Below are positions 27,001 to 39,609 of a DNA stretch of 64,000 nt, piece by piece. Position numbers and translations under genes: made by a program. Below the pieces are notes generated by a model. It saw only the letters and a program-made list of their open reading frames with translations, was not told the origin of the DNA and made no database searches. The stretch's first letter is position 1, and the number at the start of each line of letters is the position of its first letter. Source of the stretch: Eledone cirrhosa (Eukaryota); the NCBI GenBank assembly GCA_964016885.1, contig CAXHJY010000426.1:1-64000 (forward strand), written 5' to 3'.

Positions 27001-27480
27001 ATATCCCACCAACTCATCAATGTCAAACTTGCTTACTTTTCTACCCCCTTCAAACTCTCAACCCTGATATACCTTGAATGCCCAACCCATGCATATAAAG
27101 CATGAAAAATGGACATGCTCTACATCTTATCTCCCACAATGCCATTACCATGACAAAAAGCACTCAATTCACCCTGTAAGGGGGTCATATTGGTGGCACG
27201 ATAAAAAAGACCCCATCCACCCTGTATTGTGGTCATGCTGGTGACATGACAAAAGGCAGCCAGTCTACCCTGTAAAGTGGTTGCAATTGTGACACAACAA
27301 AAAGCACCCAGTCCACACTAACATTGTTGGTGTGAGGAAAGACATCTAACTTTAGAAACCAAGCCAAAATACAGATCTGTATAAGCATGTCATGGTCACC
27401 TGACGTGTCTCATAACAGGCAACTAATCTAACCCATGCACGCATGGAAAAATAGACATTAAATGATGATGATGATGATAA
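24055..27480 (+). mobile_element. Old, heavily decayed RTE family B copy interrupted at 25460-26105
   Basis: [54 protein letters not shown], then 3' UTR modules and (TGA)n tail. Confidence 0.85.
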
Positions 27481-27977
27481 ATATCCAGTTGTCTTAAGAA
27501 TCAATGAAAAAATGTTAAATGTAGTGTATCCAATGTATTTCACATATATATACACACACTTTATATATACACACACTTTATATATACACACTATATATAT
27601 ACACACTATATATACACACACTTTATATATACTTGCCAAATATTTAGTTGCCACCAACTTACTAACCAGAATAAGAACAATTTTCTTAACTCACCTGAAA
27701 AAAAAAAAAAATAAAATAAAATAAATAATAATACATTGAGGATATAAACAAACAACGTAACAAGATTTAATGGAATACTGTTTGGAGAGTAAAATATAAT
27801 TGTGTAAAAATTTTAAAAATTATTAACTTTCAAAAGACTATTTTTTGTCTTAAAGAGAGAGGAAGAGCTGGACCTATGAATTTTTGCAGGGATTTTAAGA
27901 CTGGTGGCAGTAGAGGACGAAGAAATTGTGTCTCATGGGTCATGTTCAGATCGGAGACTTGATGGTGTGGGACAAAA

Positions 27978-28990
27978 TGATCAGTTCAGACCAAGGAAAC
28001 AATGTTTCCATTGGTCTTTCCATTGTTGATACTATCTGTCAGTCACAACTACTGGCAGTAGAAAGGAGCTGATCATCAGATCAGACCAAGGAAACAATGT
28101 TTCTATTTGTCTTTCTATTGTTGATACTATCTGCCAGACACAACTCCTGGCAGTAGAAAGGAGCTGATCATCAGATCAGACCAGGGAAACAATGTTTCTA
28201 TTGGTCTTTCCATTACTGATACTATCTGTCAGTCACAACTACTGGCAGTAGAAAGGAGCTGATCATCAGATCAGACCAAGGAAACAATGTTTCTATTGGT
28301 CTTTCCATTACTGATACTATCTGTCAGTCACAACTCCTGGCAGTAGAAAGGAGCTGATCATCAGATCAGACCAAGGAAACAATGTTTCTATTGGTATTTC
28401 CATTACTGATACAATCTGTCAGTCACAACTCCTGGCAGAAGAAAGGAGCTGATCATCAGATCAGACCAAAGAAACAATGTTTCTATTGGTCTTTCCATTA
28501 CTGATACTATCTGTCAGTCACAACTACTGACAGAAGAAAGGAGCTGATCATCAGATCTGACCAAGGAAACAATGTTTCTATTGGTCTTTCTATTGTTGAT
28601 ACTATCTGTCAGTCACAACTACTGGCAGTAGAAAGGAGCTGATCATCAGATCAGACCAAGGAAACAATGTTTCTATTGGTCTTTCCATTACTGATACTAT
28701 CTGTCAGTCACAACTACTAGCAGTAGAAAGGAGCTGATCATCAGATCAGACCAAGGAAACAATGTTTCTATTGGTCTTTCTATTGTTGATACTATCTGTC
28801 AGTCACAACTCCTGACAGAAGAAAGGAGCTGATCATCAGATCAGACCAAGGAAACAATGTTTCTATTGGTCTTTCCATTACTGATACTATCTGTCAGTCA
28901 CAACTACTGATAGAAGGAGCTGATCATCAGGTCAGACCAAAGAAACAATGTTTCCATTGTATATACTATCTATCAGTGACAAGTCCTGAG
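27978..28990. repeat. 95-bp tandem array, ~10.5 copies
   Basis: Unit TGATCATCAGATCAGACCAAGGAAACAATGTTTCTATTGGTCTTTCCATTACTGATACTATCTGTCAGTCACAACTACTGGCAGTAGAAAGGAGC. Confidence 0.96.
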
Positions 28991-29399
28991 AGATGTGTAC
29001 CCCAGAATTGACAGAGCCAAATCAGCTACCACAACCTGCCCAACCTATTCTTTAACAATCCACCAATCTGAACATATAGTTTCTTTATTGACTCTGAAAT
29101 TATGAAAGTCAAAGTTGACTTCAGTGCAGTGAGTGAGAACCAATAGCAAGCCATATAACAGAGTCTGAAGAAATATCAATATGAACCTTCTAGAATGAAG
29201 AAATAACATAAATACATTATCTTTTAGTCTTTCACTGTCATAAATTCATATCATCTATCTTACCCTCCCCACATATATACACAAGGCAAACCTGTCTTTG
29301 ATAAGATATTGGGAATGTTCTCTGGATAAGAATAGTTATTGGGAGGGTGATATAGAAGACTAGGGAATGGGTTTGCTGCTAATATGGAAATAAGCAGCC

Positions 29400-30930
29400 T
29401 TAATCCCAGTCTAAGCCATCAATGACCCTTAGACAAAGCCTAGCACTTGGAAGCCACCCTGCCACAGTTACGCAATGCCATATGTTTGCAGTGTGGTGTA
29501 TGATGAACTATGGCAGATGTATTCAAGTCAGAATCAGTAGGGTATCTCATCTGATGTAGAATGAAAGAACCTCTTTGGTCAATGGCTACGATCACAAAAA
29601 TTAGTCAAAGAACTACTGCAATTCATCTACATGTGTGCGTCCACAGGTGAGAAAATAGCCAATGAAAGATTAACATGACTGAAGCTCAAGTCAGGGGCTT
29701 GTATCACATCACCCATCACATAGGTCAACAAAGGGCATGTTCAGTTGAAGTACTGACTCCAGCCACAGTGTTCAAAAAATTATCCACAAAGTCAAAATGA
29801 AAACCAATCCTACTTAAATGCAAAAAACACCTTGCCATATCAACCTTCAACGTCTGTACCTTGACTACAATCAACCAACTACCAGAACTTACCGCAACTG
29901 CTGTTAAACAAAATGCTGACATACCAGGGTGAACTTGAACTTAAATATCTTGACACTGGAAAGGGATGGACTTTTATATCAGAATCTACATGGAAAATCT
30001 CAACAACACTATCATACGTGTGGGAATGCTTCTTAGTTTACTTGCTTTAAATTCAAGCTCCAGCAACTCTTTGGCAAATCCAGAAGGCGTTTTAGTAAGA
30101 AATCTCAAAGCAGTTCTTCAGTTTGTAAATTTCTCGAAGACTTTCAACTCCATACACTGAGACAAAATGGCAGAAATACTCATGGCATATGACATACTGA
30201 AAGAAACTGTCACCGCAATAATGATGCTGTAGAAAGGTAGCCACACCATGGTATGATCTGCAGATGGTGATACACAGTCTTTCAGCATGTCGCTGGCATT
30301 CTGAAGAGTGATACACTGGCACCCTGCTCATTTATAATCAGGATGGATTATGTACTTTGAATATTAATTGACAAGATGAAACAACAGCTTCACCCGGAAA
30401 CCACTGAGAAGCAGATGCTATCCAACCAAGATCATTACTGATGCTGACTCTGCAGATGATATTGTAATGATATCAGATATAGTACACAAATGAGAATCAC
30501 TGCTACACAGTTTGGAGATGGAGGTTAAAGGCAATGGAATCTGTGGAAATGAAGTAAAGGCAGAATACATATCTTTCAACCAGGATGGCATCATAAACTC
30601 ACTAGTCGGTAAACCTCTGAAAGAAGACCAGGTCATTTATCTAGGAGGCAAGATCTGAAACTAGATCTCACTACAAATGACATAAACACATACATGGACA
30701 AAGCTTGCACTGCCTTGAATAAGCTGACAATTTGGGAATTGAAGCTCTCCAAAACAAATAAAACAAATTCTTTCAAGCGACAATGCAGTCGGTTTTGCTG
30801 TACAGGAGTGCTATGTGAACACTCACTAAGCAGCTTGAGAAGAAGCTAGATGGAATATACACAAGAATGTTCAGAGTGGCTTTAAAAATATCCTAGTGGC
30901 AGCACTCTGATGGCCATTTACCTGTAATAT
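29400..30930 (+). mobile_element. Old RTE-like LINE (distinct family), internally deleted
   Basis: ISTFNVCTL (APE start), FVNFSKTFNSIH, DTLAP, ITDADSADDI, IYLG, EKKLDGIYTRMFRVAL. Confidence 0.8.
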
Positions 30931-31135
30931 ATCATACCATCTCTACAACCATCTACCTGTAATATATCATACCATCTCTACAACCATCTACCTGTAATAT
31001 ACCATCTCTACAACAATCTACCAGTAATATACCATCTCTACAACCATCTATCTGTAATATACCATCTCCACAACCATCTACCTGTAATATACCATCTCTA
31101 CAACCATCTACCTGTAATATATCATACTATCTCCA
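30905..31135. repeat. 30-35 bp minisatellite
   Basis: ACCATCTCTACAACCATCTACCTGTAATAT(ATCAT), about 7 copies. Confidence 0.9.
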
Positions 31136-31136
31136 G

Positions 31137-34100
31137 ACAGAACCTACAGTAAACTGCTATGTAAGGGTATTGAGTGGAATATGTAGGACCAAGACAGAGA
31201 TATATCTACAATGGTAGACCACAGAACCTACATTAAACAGTGTAATATGTAGGACCAAGACATAGATATAGCTACAGTTGTAGACCACAGAACCTACATT
31301 AAACAGTGGAATATGTAGGACCAAGATATAGATATACCTACAGTGGTAGACAACACAGAACCTACATTAAACAGTGGAATATGTAGGACCAGGACAGAGA
31401 TATATCTACATTAGTAGACCACACAGAACCTACATTAAACAGTGGAATATGTAGGACCAAGACAGAGATATATCTACAATGGTAGACCACAGAACCTACA
31501 TTAAACAGTGTAATATGTAGGACCAAGACAGAGATATATCTACATTAGTAGACCACACAGAACCTACATTAAACAGTGGAATATGTAGGACCAAGACAGA
31601 GATATACCTACAGTGGTAGACCACACAGAACCTACATTAAACAGTGGAATATGTAGGACTAAGACAGATATACCTACACTGGTAGACCACACAGAACCTA
31701 CATTAAACAGTGGAATATGTAGGACCAAGACAGAGATATACCTACAGTGGTAGACCACAGAACCTACATTAAACAGTGGAATATGTAGGACCAAGACAGA
31801 GATATACCTACAGTGGTAGACCACAGAACCTACATTAAACAGTGGAATATGTAGGACCAAGACAGAGATATACCTACATTAGTAGACCACACAGAACCTA
31901 CATTAAACAGTGGAATATGTAGGACCAAGACAGATATATACCTACATTGGTAGACCACAGAACCTACATTAAACAGTGGAATATGTAGGACCAAGATATA
32001 GATATAGCTACATTGGTAGACCACACAGAACTTACATTAAACAGTGGAATATGTAGGACCAAGATATAGATATACCTACATTGGTAGACCACACAGAGCC
32101 TACATTAAACAGTGGAATATGTAGGACCAAGGCAGAGATATACCTACAGTGGTAGACCACACAGAACCTACATTAAACAGTGGAATATGTAGGACCAAGA
32201 CAGAGATATACCTACAGTGGTAGACCACAGAACCTACATTAAACAGTGGAATATGTAGGACCAAGACAGAGATAAACCTACAGTGGTAGACCACACAGAA
32301 CCTACATTAAACAGTGGAATATGTAGGACCAAGACATAGATATATCTACATTGGTAGACCACACAGAACCTACATTAAACAGGGGAATATGTAGGACAAA
32401 GACAGAGATATACCTACAGTGGTAGACCACACAGAGCCCTCATTAAACAGTGGAATATGTAGGACCAAGACAGAGATATACCTACATTAGTAGACCACAC
32501 AGAACCTACATTAAACAGTGGAATATGTAGGACCAAGACATAGATATACCTAGATTGGTAGACCACACAGAACCTACATTAAACAGTGGAATATGTAGGA
32601 CAAAGACAGAGATATACCTACAGTGGTAGACCACAGAACCTACATTAAACAGTGGAATATGTAGGACAAAGACAGAGATATACCTACAGTGGTAGACCAC
32701 ACAGAACCTATATTAAACAGTGGAATATGTAGGACCAAGACAGATATACCTACAGTGGTAGACCACAGAACCTACATTAAACAGTGGAATATGTAGGACC
32801 AAGATATAGATATACCTACATTGGTAGACCACACAGAGCCTACATTAAACAGTGGAATATGTAGGAACAAGACAGAGATATACCTACAGTGGTAGACCAC
32901 AGAACCTACATTAAACAGTGGAATATGTAGGACCAAGACATAGATATACCTACAGTGGTAGACCACACAGAACCTACATTAAACAGTGGAACATGTAGGA
33001 CCAAGACATAGATATACCTACATTGGTAGACCACACAGAACCTACATTAAACAGTGGAATATGTAGGACCAAGACAGAGATATATCTACATTGGTAGACC
33101 ACACAGAACCTACATTAAACAGTGGAATATGTAGGACCAAGACAGAGATATACCTACATTGGTAGACCACACAGAACCTACATTAAACAGTGGAATATGT
33201 AGGACCAAGACATAGATATATCTACATTGGTACACCACAGAACCTACATTAAACAGTGGAATATGTAGGACCAAGATATAGATATACCTACAGTGGTAGA
33301 CCACACAGAACCTACATTAAACAGTGGAATATGTAGGACAAAGACATAGATATAGCTACATTGGTAGACCACAGAACCTACATTAAACAGTGAAATATGT
33401 AGGACCAAGACAGAGATATACCTACATTGGTAGACCACAGAACCTACATTAAACAGTGGAATATGTAGGACCAAGACAGATATACCTACAGTGGTAGACC
33501 ACAGAACCTACATTAAACAGTGGAATATGTAGGACCAAGACAGATATACCTACAGTGGTAGACCACACAGAACCTACATTAAACAGTGGAATATGTAGGA
33601 CCAAGACAGAGATATACCTACATTGGTAGACCACACAGAACCTACATTAAACAGTGGAATATGTAGGACCAAGACAGAAATATATCTACAATGGTAGACC
33701 ACAGAACCTACATTAAACAGTGGAATATGTAGGACCAAGACATAGATATACCTACATTGGTAGACCACACAGAACCTACATTAAACAGTGGAATATGTAG
33801 GACCAAGACAGAGATATATCTACATTGGTAGACCACAGAACCTACATTAAACAGTGGAATATGTAGGACCAAGACATAGATACATCTACATTGGTAGACC
33901 ACACAGAACCTACATTAAACAGTGGAATATGTAGGACCAAGACATAGATATACCTAGATTGGTAGACCACACAGAACCTACATTAAACAGTGGAATATGT
34001 AGGACAAAGACAGAGATATACCTACAGTGGTAGACCACAGAACCTACATTAAACAGTGGAATATGTAGGACAAAGACAGAGATATATCTACATTGGTAGA

Positions 34101-35897
34101 CCACACAGAACCTACATTAAACAGTGGAATATGTAGGACCAAGACATAGATATACCTAGATTGGTAGACCACACAGAACCTACATTAAACAGTGGAATAT
34201 GTAGGACCAAGACAGAGATATACCTACAGTGGTAGACCACAGAACCTACATTAAACAGTGGAATATGTAGGACAAAGACAGAGATATACCTACATTGGTA
34301 GACCACAGAACCTACATTAAACAGTGGAATATGTAGGACCAAGACATAGATATATCTACATTGGTACACCACAGAACCTACATTAAACAGTGGAATATGT
34401 AGGACCAAGATATAGATATACCTACAGTGGTAGACCACACAGAACCTACATTAAACAGTGGAATATGTAGGACAAAGACATAGATATAGCTACATTGGTA
34501 GACCACAGAACCTACATTAAACAGTGAAATATGTAGGACCAAGACAGAGATATACCTACATTGGTAGACCACAGAACCTACATTAAACAGTGGAATATGT
34601 AGGACCAAGACAGATATACCTACAGTGGTAGACCACAGAACCTACATTAAACAGTGGAATATGTAGGACCAAGACAGATATACCTACAGTGGTAGACCAC
34701 ACAGAACCTACATTAAACAGTGGAATATGTAGGACCAAGACAGAGATATACCTACATTGGTAGACCACACAGAACCTACATTAAACAGTGGAATATGTAG
34801 GACCAAGACAGAAATATATCTACAATGGTAGACCACAGAACCTACATTAAACAGTGGAATATGTAGGACCAAGACATAGATATACCTACATTGGTAGACC
34901 ACACAGAACCTACATTAAACAGTGGAATATGTAGGACCAAGACAGAGATATATCTACATTGGTAGACCACAGAACCTACATTAAACAGTGGAATATGTAG
35001 GACCAAGACATAGATACATCTACATTGGTAGACCACACAGAACCTACATTAAACAGTGGAATATGTAGGACCAAGACATAGATATATCTACATTGGTAGA
35101 CCACACAGAACCTACATTAAACAGTAGAATATGTAGGACCATGACAGAGATATCTACATTGGTAGACCACACAGAGCCCTCATTAAACAGTGGAATATGT
35201 AGGACCAAGACAGAGATATACCTACATTAGTAGACCACACAGAACCTACATTAAACAGTGGAATATGTAGGACCAAGACATAGATATACCTAGATTGGTA
35301 GACCACACAGAACCTACATTAAACAGTGGAATATGTAGGACAAAAACAGAGATATATTACAGTGGTAGACCACAGAACCTACATTAAACAGTGGAATATG
35401 TAGGACAAAGACAGAGATATACCTACAGTGGTAGACCACACAGAACCTATATTAAACAGTGGAATATGTAGGACCAAGACAGATATACCTACAGTGGTAG
35501 ACCACAGAACCTACATTAAACAGTGGAATATGTAGGACCAAGACAGAGATATATCTACATTGGTAGACCACACAGAACCTACATTAAACAGTGGAATATG
35601 TAGGACCAAGACATAGATATACCTAGATTGGTAGACCACACAGAACCTACATTAAACAGTGGAATATGTAGGACCAAGACAGAGATATACCTACAGTGGT
35701 AGACCACAGAACCTACATTAAACAGTGGAATATGTAGGACAAAGACAGAGATATACCTACAGTGGTAGACCACAGAACCTACATTAAACAGTGGAATATG
35801 TAGGACCAAGACATAGATATACCTACATTGGTAGACCACACAGAACCTACATTAAACAGTGGAATATGTAGGACCAAGACATAGATATACCTACATT
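31137..35897. repeat. 64-68 bp tandem satellite, ~70 copies, with higher-order duplications
   Basis: Unit AGAACCTACATTAAACAGTGGAATATGTAGGACCAAGACAGAGATATACCTACAGTGGTAGACCAC(AC). Confidence 0.97.
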
Positions 35898-36112
35898 CTT
35901 ACATGGTAGTGAGACATGGGTAGTTAATGTAGAGGATGTGTGAAGGGTAGACTGCATGATGTCTGTATTACATGGTAGTGAGACATGGGTAGTTAATGTA
36001 GAGGATGTGTGAAGGGTAGATTGTATGATGTCTGTGTATGTTACATGGTAGTGAGACATGGGTAGTTAATGTAGAGGATGTTTGAAGGGTAGACTGTATG
36101 ATGTCTCTGTAT
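35898..36112 (+). repeat. Triplicated ~70 bp segment of RTE coding sequence
   Basis: TTACATGGTAGTGAGACATGG (LHGSETW) and GAAGGGTAGATTGTATGATGTCTGT (KGRLYDVC), three copies. Confidence 0.85.
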
Positions 36113-36129
36113 GCAGTGTGACATATTTA

Positions 36130-36785
36130 CATACCAGTACACCATACCACCACCAATCCACCACTACACCATACCATCACCAATCCACCACTACAACATA
36201 CCACCACCACTACACCATTCCACCACTACAACATACCACCACTACACCATGACAACATACCACGACCACTACAATATACCACCACCATTACACCATACCA
36301 CCACTACTACACCATTCCACCACTACAACATACCACCACTACACCATGACAACATACCACCACCACTACACCCTTCCACCACAACAACATACCACCACTA
36401 CACCATTCCACCACTACAACATACCACCACGACAACATACCACCACCACTACACCCTTCCACCACCACCACCAATCCACCACTACACCATTCCATCACAA
36501 CAACATACCACCACCATTACATCATACCACCACAACAACATACCACCACCACTACACCATTCCACCACAACAACATACCACCACCACTACACCCATACCA
36601 CCACCACTACACCATTCCACCACAACAACATACCACCACCATTACACCATACCACCACTACACCATGACAACATACCACCGCCACTACACCATGACAACA
36701 TACCACCGCCACTACACCATTCCACCACTACACCATTTCACCACGACAACATACCACCACCATACCACCAACATTCAACTACTAC
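36130..36785. repeat. (CCA/CTA/ACA)-rich low-complexity repeat
   Basis: Degenerate trinucleotide tract; His/Thr/Pro ORFs in all frames. Confidence 0.92.
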
Positions 36786-36799
36786 CCAACAAGAGAGTA

Positions 36800-37480
36800 C
36801 TAATAAACATGATTTAGAATATAGCACAATGGAAAGCATCCAGCAGCTAGCTAACTCCATACACCAGAGTATAACAGTAACTATCAACTACCCTTCCAAA
36901 TACCCTAACAGTAGACTACTTGTATTAGACACGGAACTCAGGTTAAACACTATAGATGAGAGGGCCCAAATTCTCCACTCACATTATGCTAAACCCATGG
37001 CCTCCAAGTACTTTATACTCAAAAACTCAGCAATGTCCAATAGTGCTAAGTTTAATATTCTGATCGCAAACTTGTTAAGAGTGTTGAAGAATGTGTCCCG
37101 CATGTGTGACCCAACTGAAATGGAAAGACATATCCAACACTTCATCAACCGCATGCAGTTCTCTGGCTACAACTAAAGAGACAGAATCAGAGTATACAAA
37201 GGAGCCACGGAGAAATATAAGACCCTCATAGAACTGGATTAAAGGGATTTGCCCATTATAGAGGAGAAAATCATGGAATAGCTTAGATAGGACTAAACAT
37301 AAGATAGGGAAAGCCACCTCATGGTTCGACAACCAGAGATACCAGAGTGTCATGTTCGTGGATGCTACCCCTGGAAGGAAATTAGCTAAGCAATGTAGAA
37401 AGGCCCTAAGAAAGACCTATCTAAAGATTAAAGTGGTAGAAAAGCCAGGAACTACCATAAAATCCCTGATCAGCAACTGA
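36800..37480 (+). mobile_element. Penelope-like RT C-terminal/thumb fragment of a different clade
   Basis: LANSIHQSITVTINYPS..RLLVLD..HYAKPMAS..SAM..RMQFSGY, then SVMFVDATPG and IKVVEKPGTTIK. Confidence 0.72.
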
Positions 37481-37764
37481 GATAGAACTAAGAAAACGGA
37501 AGTTAAACAGAAAAAAGAATGGAATAACAACAACAACCATACCCACACAAACAATATTGACCTAAGGGAAATATAAATAAATAAATATATACACAAGTAC
37601 AATAACAACAAATACATATAAACACACACTAGTGAACAAAGAATATGAAAACAAAAACACATACACTCAAACGCGAACACACACACAAACGCATGCGCAA
37701 ACAGAGACAGAGACAAGAATAAATAAATAAATTAATTAAATAAAAATGGTGTAGACATTACAAT

Positions 37765-38210
37765 ACTAGACCTGAAAAATGCGCAAGCTCAAAAGAGCCA
37801 CAGAATGTTATAATAAACCTTCAAAAGTGTGGGACTAGAGTTGTTGCTCAAAAATATTGTAATCATTATCTATCGTACACTCTGTGGCATCCTTTTATAA
37901 AAAAGAGACTCATAACGAACTCAAGACGACACGATAATTATTTAAGCTAATGTTCAATATCTCATATTAGATGTTTAGTAATGATTAATACGAAATGCAC
38001 TTAAACCGAATTCTATATTATAAATTCATTTAAATAATTATCATGTCATCTTGAGTTCATTATGAGTCTCTTCTTTAAAAAAGGATGCCACAGAGTGTAC
38101 AAAAGATAATGATTACAATATTTTTGAGCAACAACTCTAGTCCCACACTTTTGAAGGTTTATTATAACATTCTGTGGCTCTTTTGAGCTTGCGCAGTTTT
38201 CAAGTCTAGT
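37765..38210. mobile_element. MITE-like foldback element with ~180 bp inverted arms
   Basis: Arms 37765-37945 and 38031-38210 are near-identical inverted copies, ACTAGAC...GTCTAGT termini. Confidence 0.8.
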
Positions 38211-38729
38211 TTAAAGGCAACACTTGTAATAACTCTAGTTAAACATGATATATATTAATAATAAATTATCGTTGTAATGTAATTAGATTATATAATTGTT
38301 ATTTTATAAATGATCTTATAAATATTATTGAGATGTATAAAAATATTTTCAGACTTTTAATATAAACAACTACAAAAAACAATCAATATTAAATAAATAT
38401 ATTTTACATAATAATTGTTATAGTTGAATTAATAAAAATTAAATATTACATACAAATAGTCTAACATAATAATAATAAAATAATCTAACATAAAACGAAC
38501 AATAATATGGACAAATATACAAATAAATACGATACAACCAATATTATAAGCATGTTATAACGAACTGAAAAAAAAAATAGTTAATATAAATTTAAAAAAT
38601 CATATATAACTTACCAAAACGAGAAAATTATTTTGATGATAGAAGACGAATACAGGAGGAAGATTCGAAAGCGAAACGATAAATAAACGTGCAAACAAAG
38701 TAGCGGATGCTTTTGAGCAACAATTACTC

Positions 38730-38772
38730 CCATTGGTTGATTAGCCAATAAGACGATGAAATTAGCCAATGA
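38730..38772. promoter_or_regulatory. CCAAT-box cluster (candidate promoter)
   Basis: CCCATTGG followed by two TTAGCCAAT motifs in a CpG-retaining stretch. Confidence 0.35.
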
Positions 38773-38929
38773 GATGATACATTACAAAAGATGTTTGGCA
38801 GGGATCACCACGGCCAGCGAAACGCCTTGAATTTTTTATTCACAAACTACGCATATATGTCAGACATGCAGACTTAAAACATTCTGTTGTTAGTCACTGC
38901 GTGTCTAACAGATAACGGGAGGAAACATA

Positions 38930-38983
38930 ATAGTACTACTGATGATGTCACAGATGTGTGACGAAAGAACTTTGATAGACTAT
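38930..38983 (+). ncRNA. Hammerhead-like motif, cleavage triplet degenerate
   Basis: ATAGTACTA-CTGATGA-T-GTCACA-GATG-TGTGAC-GAAA-GAACTTTGA-TAGACTAT. Confidence 0.55.
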
Positions 38984-39174
38984 ATATATATATTTATATC
39001 TGTATTTTCAACTGTTGGTCAATCAATGATAAACATTGATTGCCAAATAAATTAACTATGGAGAGATAAAAGATACAGAAGTGAAAACCAACCCAAACCA
39101 AACAGTGAGTGTGTTTTATTATTATTTCTGGCAATATTATAACAATATGACCCTCCCCAAGTATAATATATATA

Positions 39175-39580
39175 GAGGATATGCGACGGCTGGAGAGAAA
39201 TAAGGCAAGCATGCTCCGTTGGATGTGCAATGTCAATGTGCGTGAACAGCCGAGCATGGATGTGTTGAGAGAGAAACTGTGTCTGAGAGGGATAAATTGT
39301 TGTGTGCGGGAGAGGAGACTGCTATGGTATGGACATGTGATGCGTATGGAGAATGACCGATGGGTGAAGAAGTGCCAAGACATGCCAGTTGAAGGAAGAC
39401 ATAGTGGAGGAAAACCACGAAAAACATGGGCGGATGTGGTGAGAGCAGACCTCAGATAGCTGAAGCTCACGGTGGAGATGACAAAGGACCGTGACAAGTG
39501 GAGAGATGCTGTGCTTAATAGGACCCGTCCCACTCTTGCAAGCAGGGAAAAGCGGACGTAAAATGATGATGATGATGATA
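39175..39580 (+). mobile_element. RTE family A 3' fragment
   Basis: EDMRRLERN...GKPRKTW...REKRT*, then (TGA)n. Confidence 0.92.
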
Positions 39581-39609
39581 TATATGTATGTATATATGTG
39601 TGTGTGTGT

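Noticed and set aside
27850-27965. Possible host terminal exon upstream of the 95-bp array
   Set aside because: Short frame, no recognisable protein similarity and no supporting partner exons.
27978-28990. Tandem hammerhead satellite (minus strand has CTGATGA and GAAA/GAAAC in each unit)
   Set aside because: No stem I or stem II can be formed around the core, and the best stem III gives a non-cleavable UG. Only a simple GACCAA/TTGGTC hairpin is supported.
36111-36790. His/Thr/Pro-rich mucin-like ORFs
   Set aside because: Low-complexity CCA repeat that is open in several frames.
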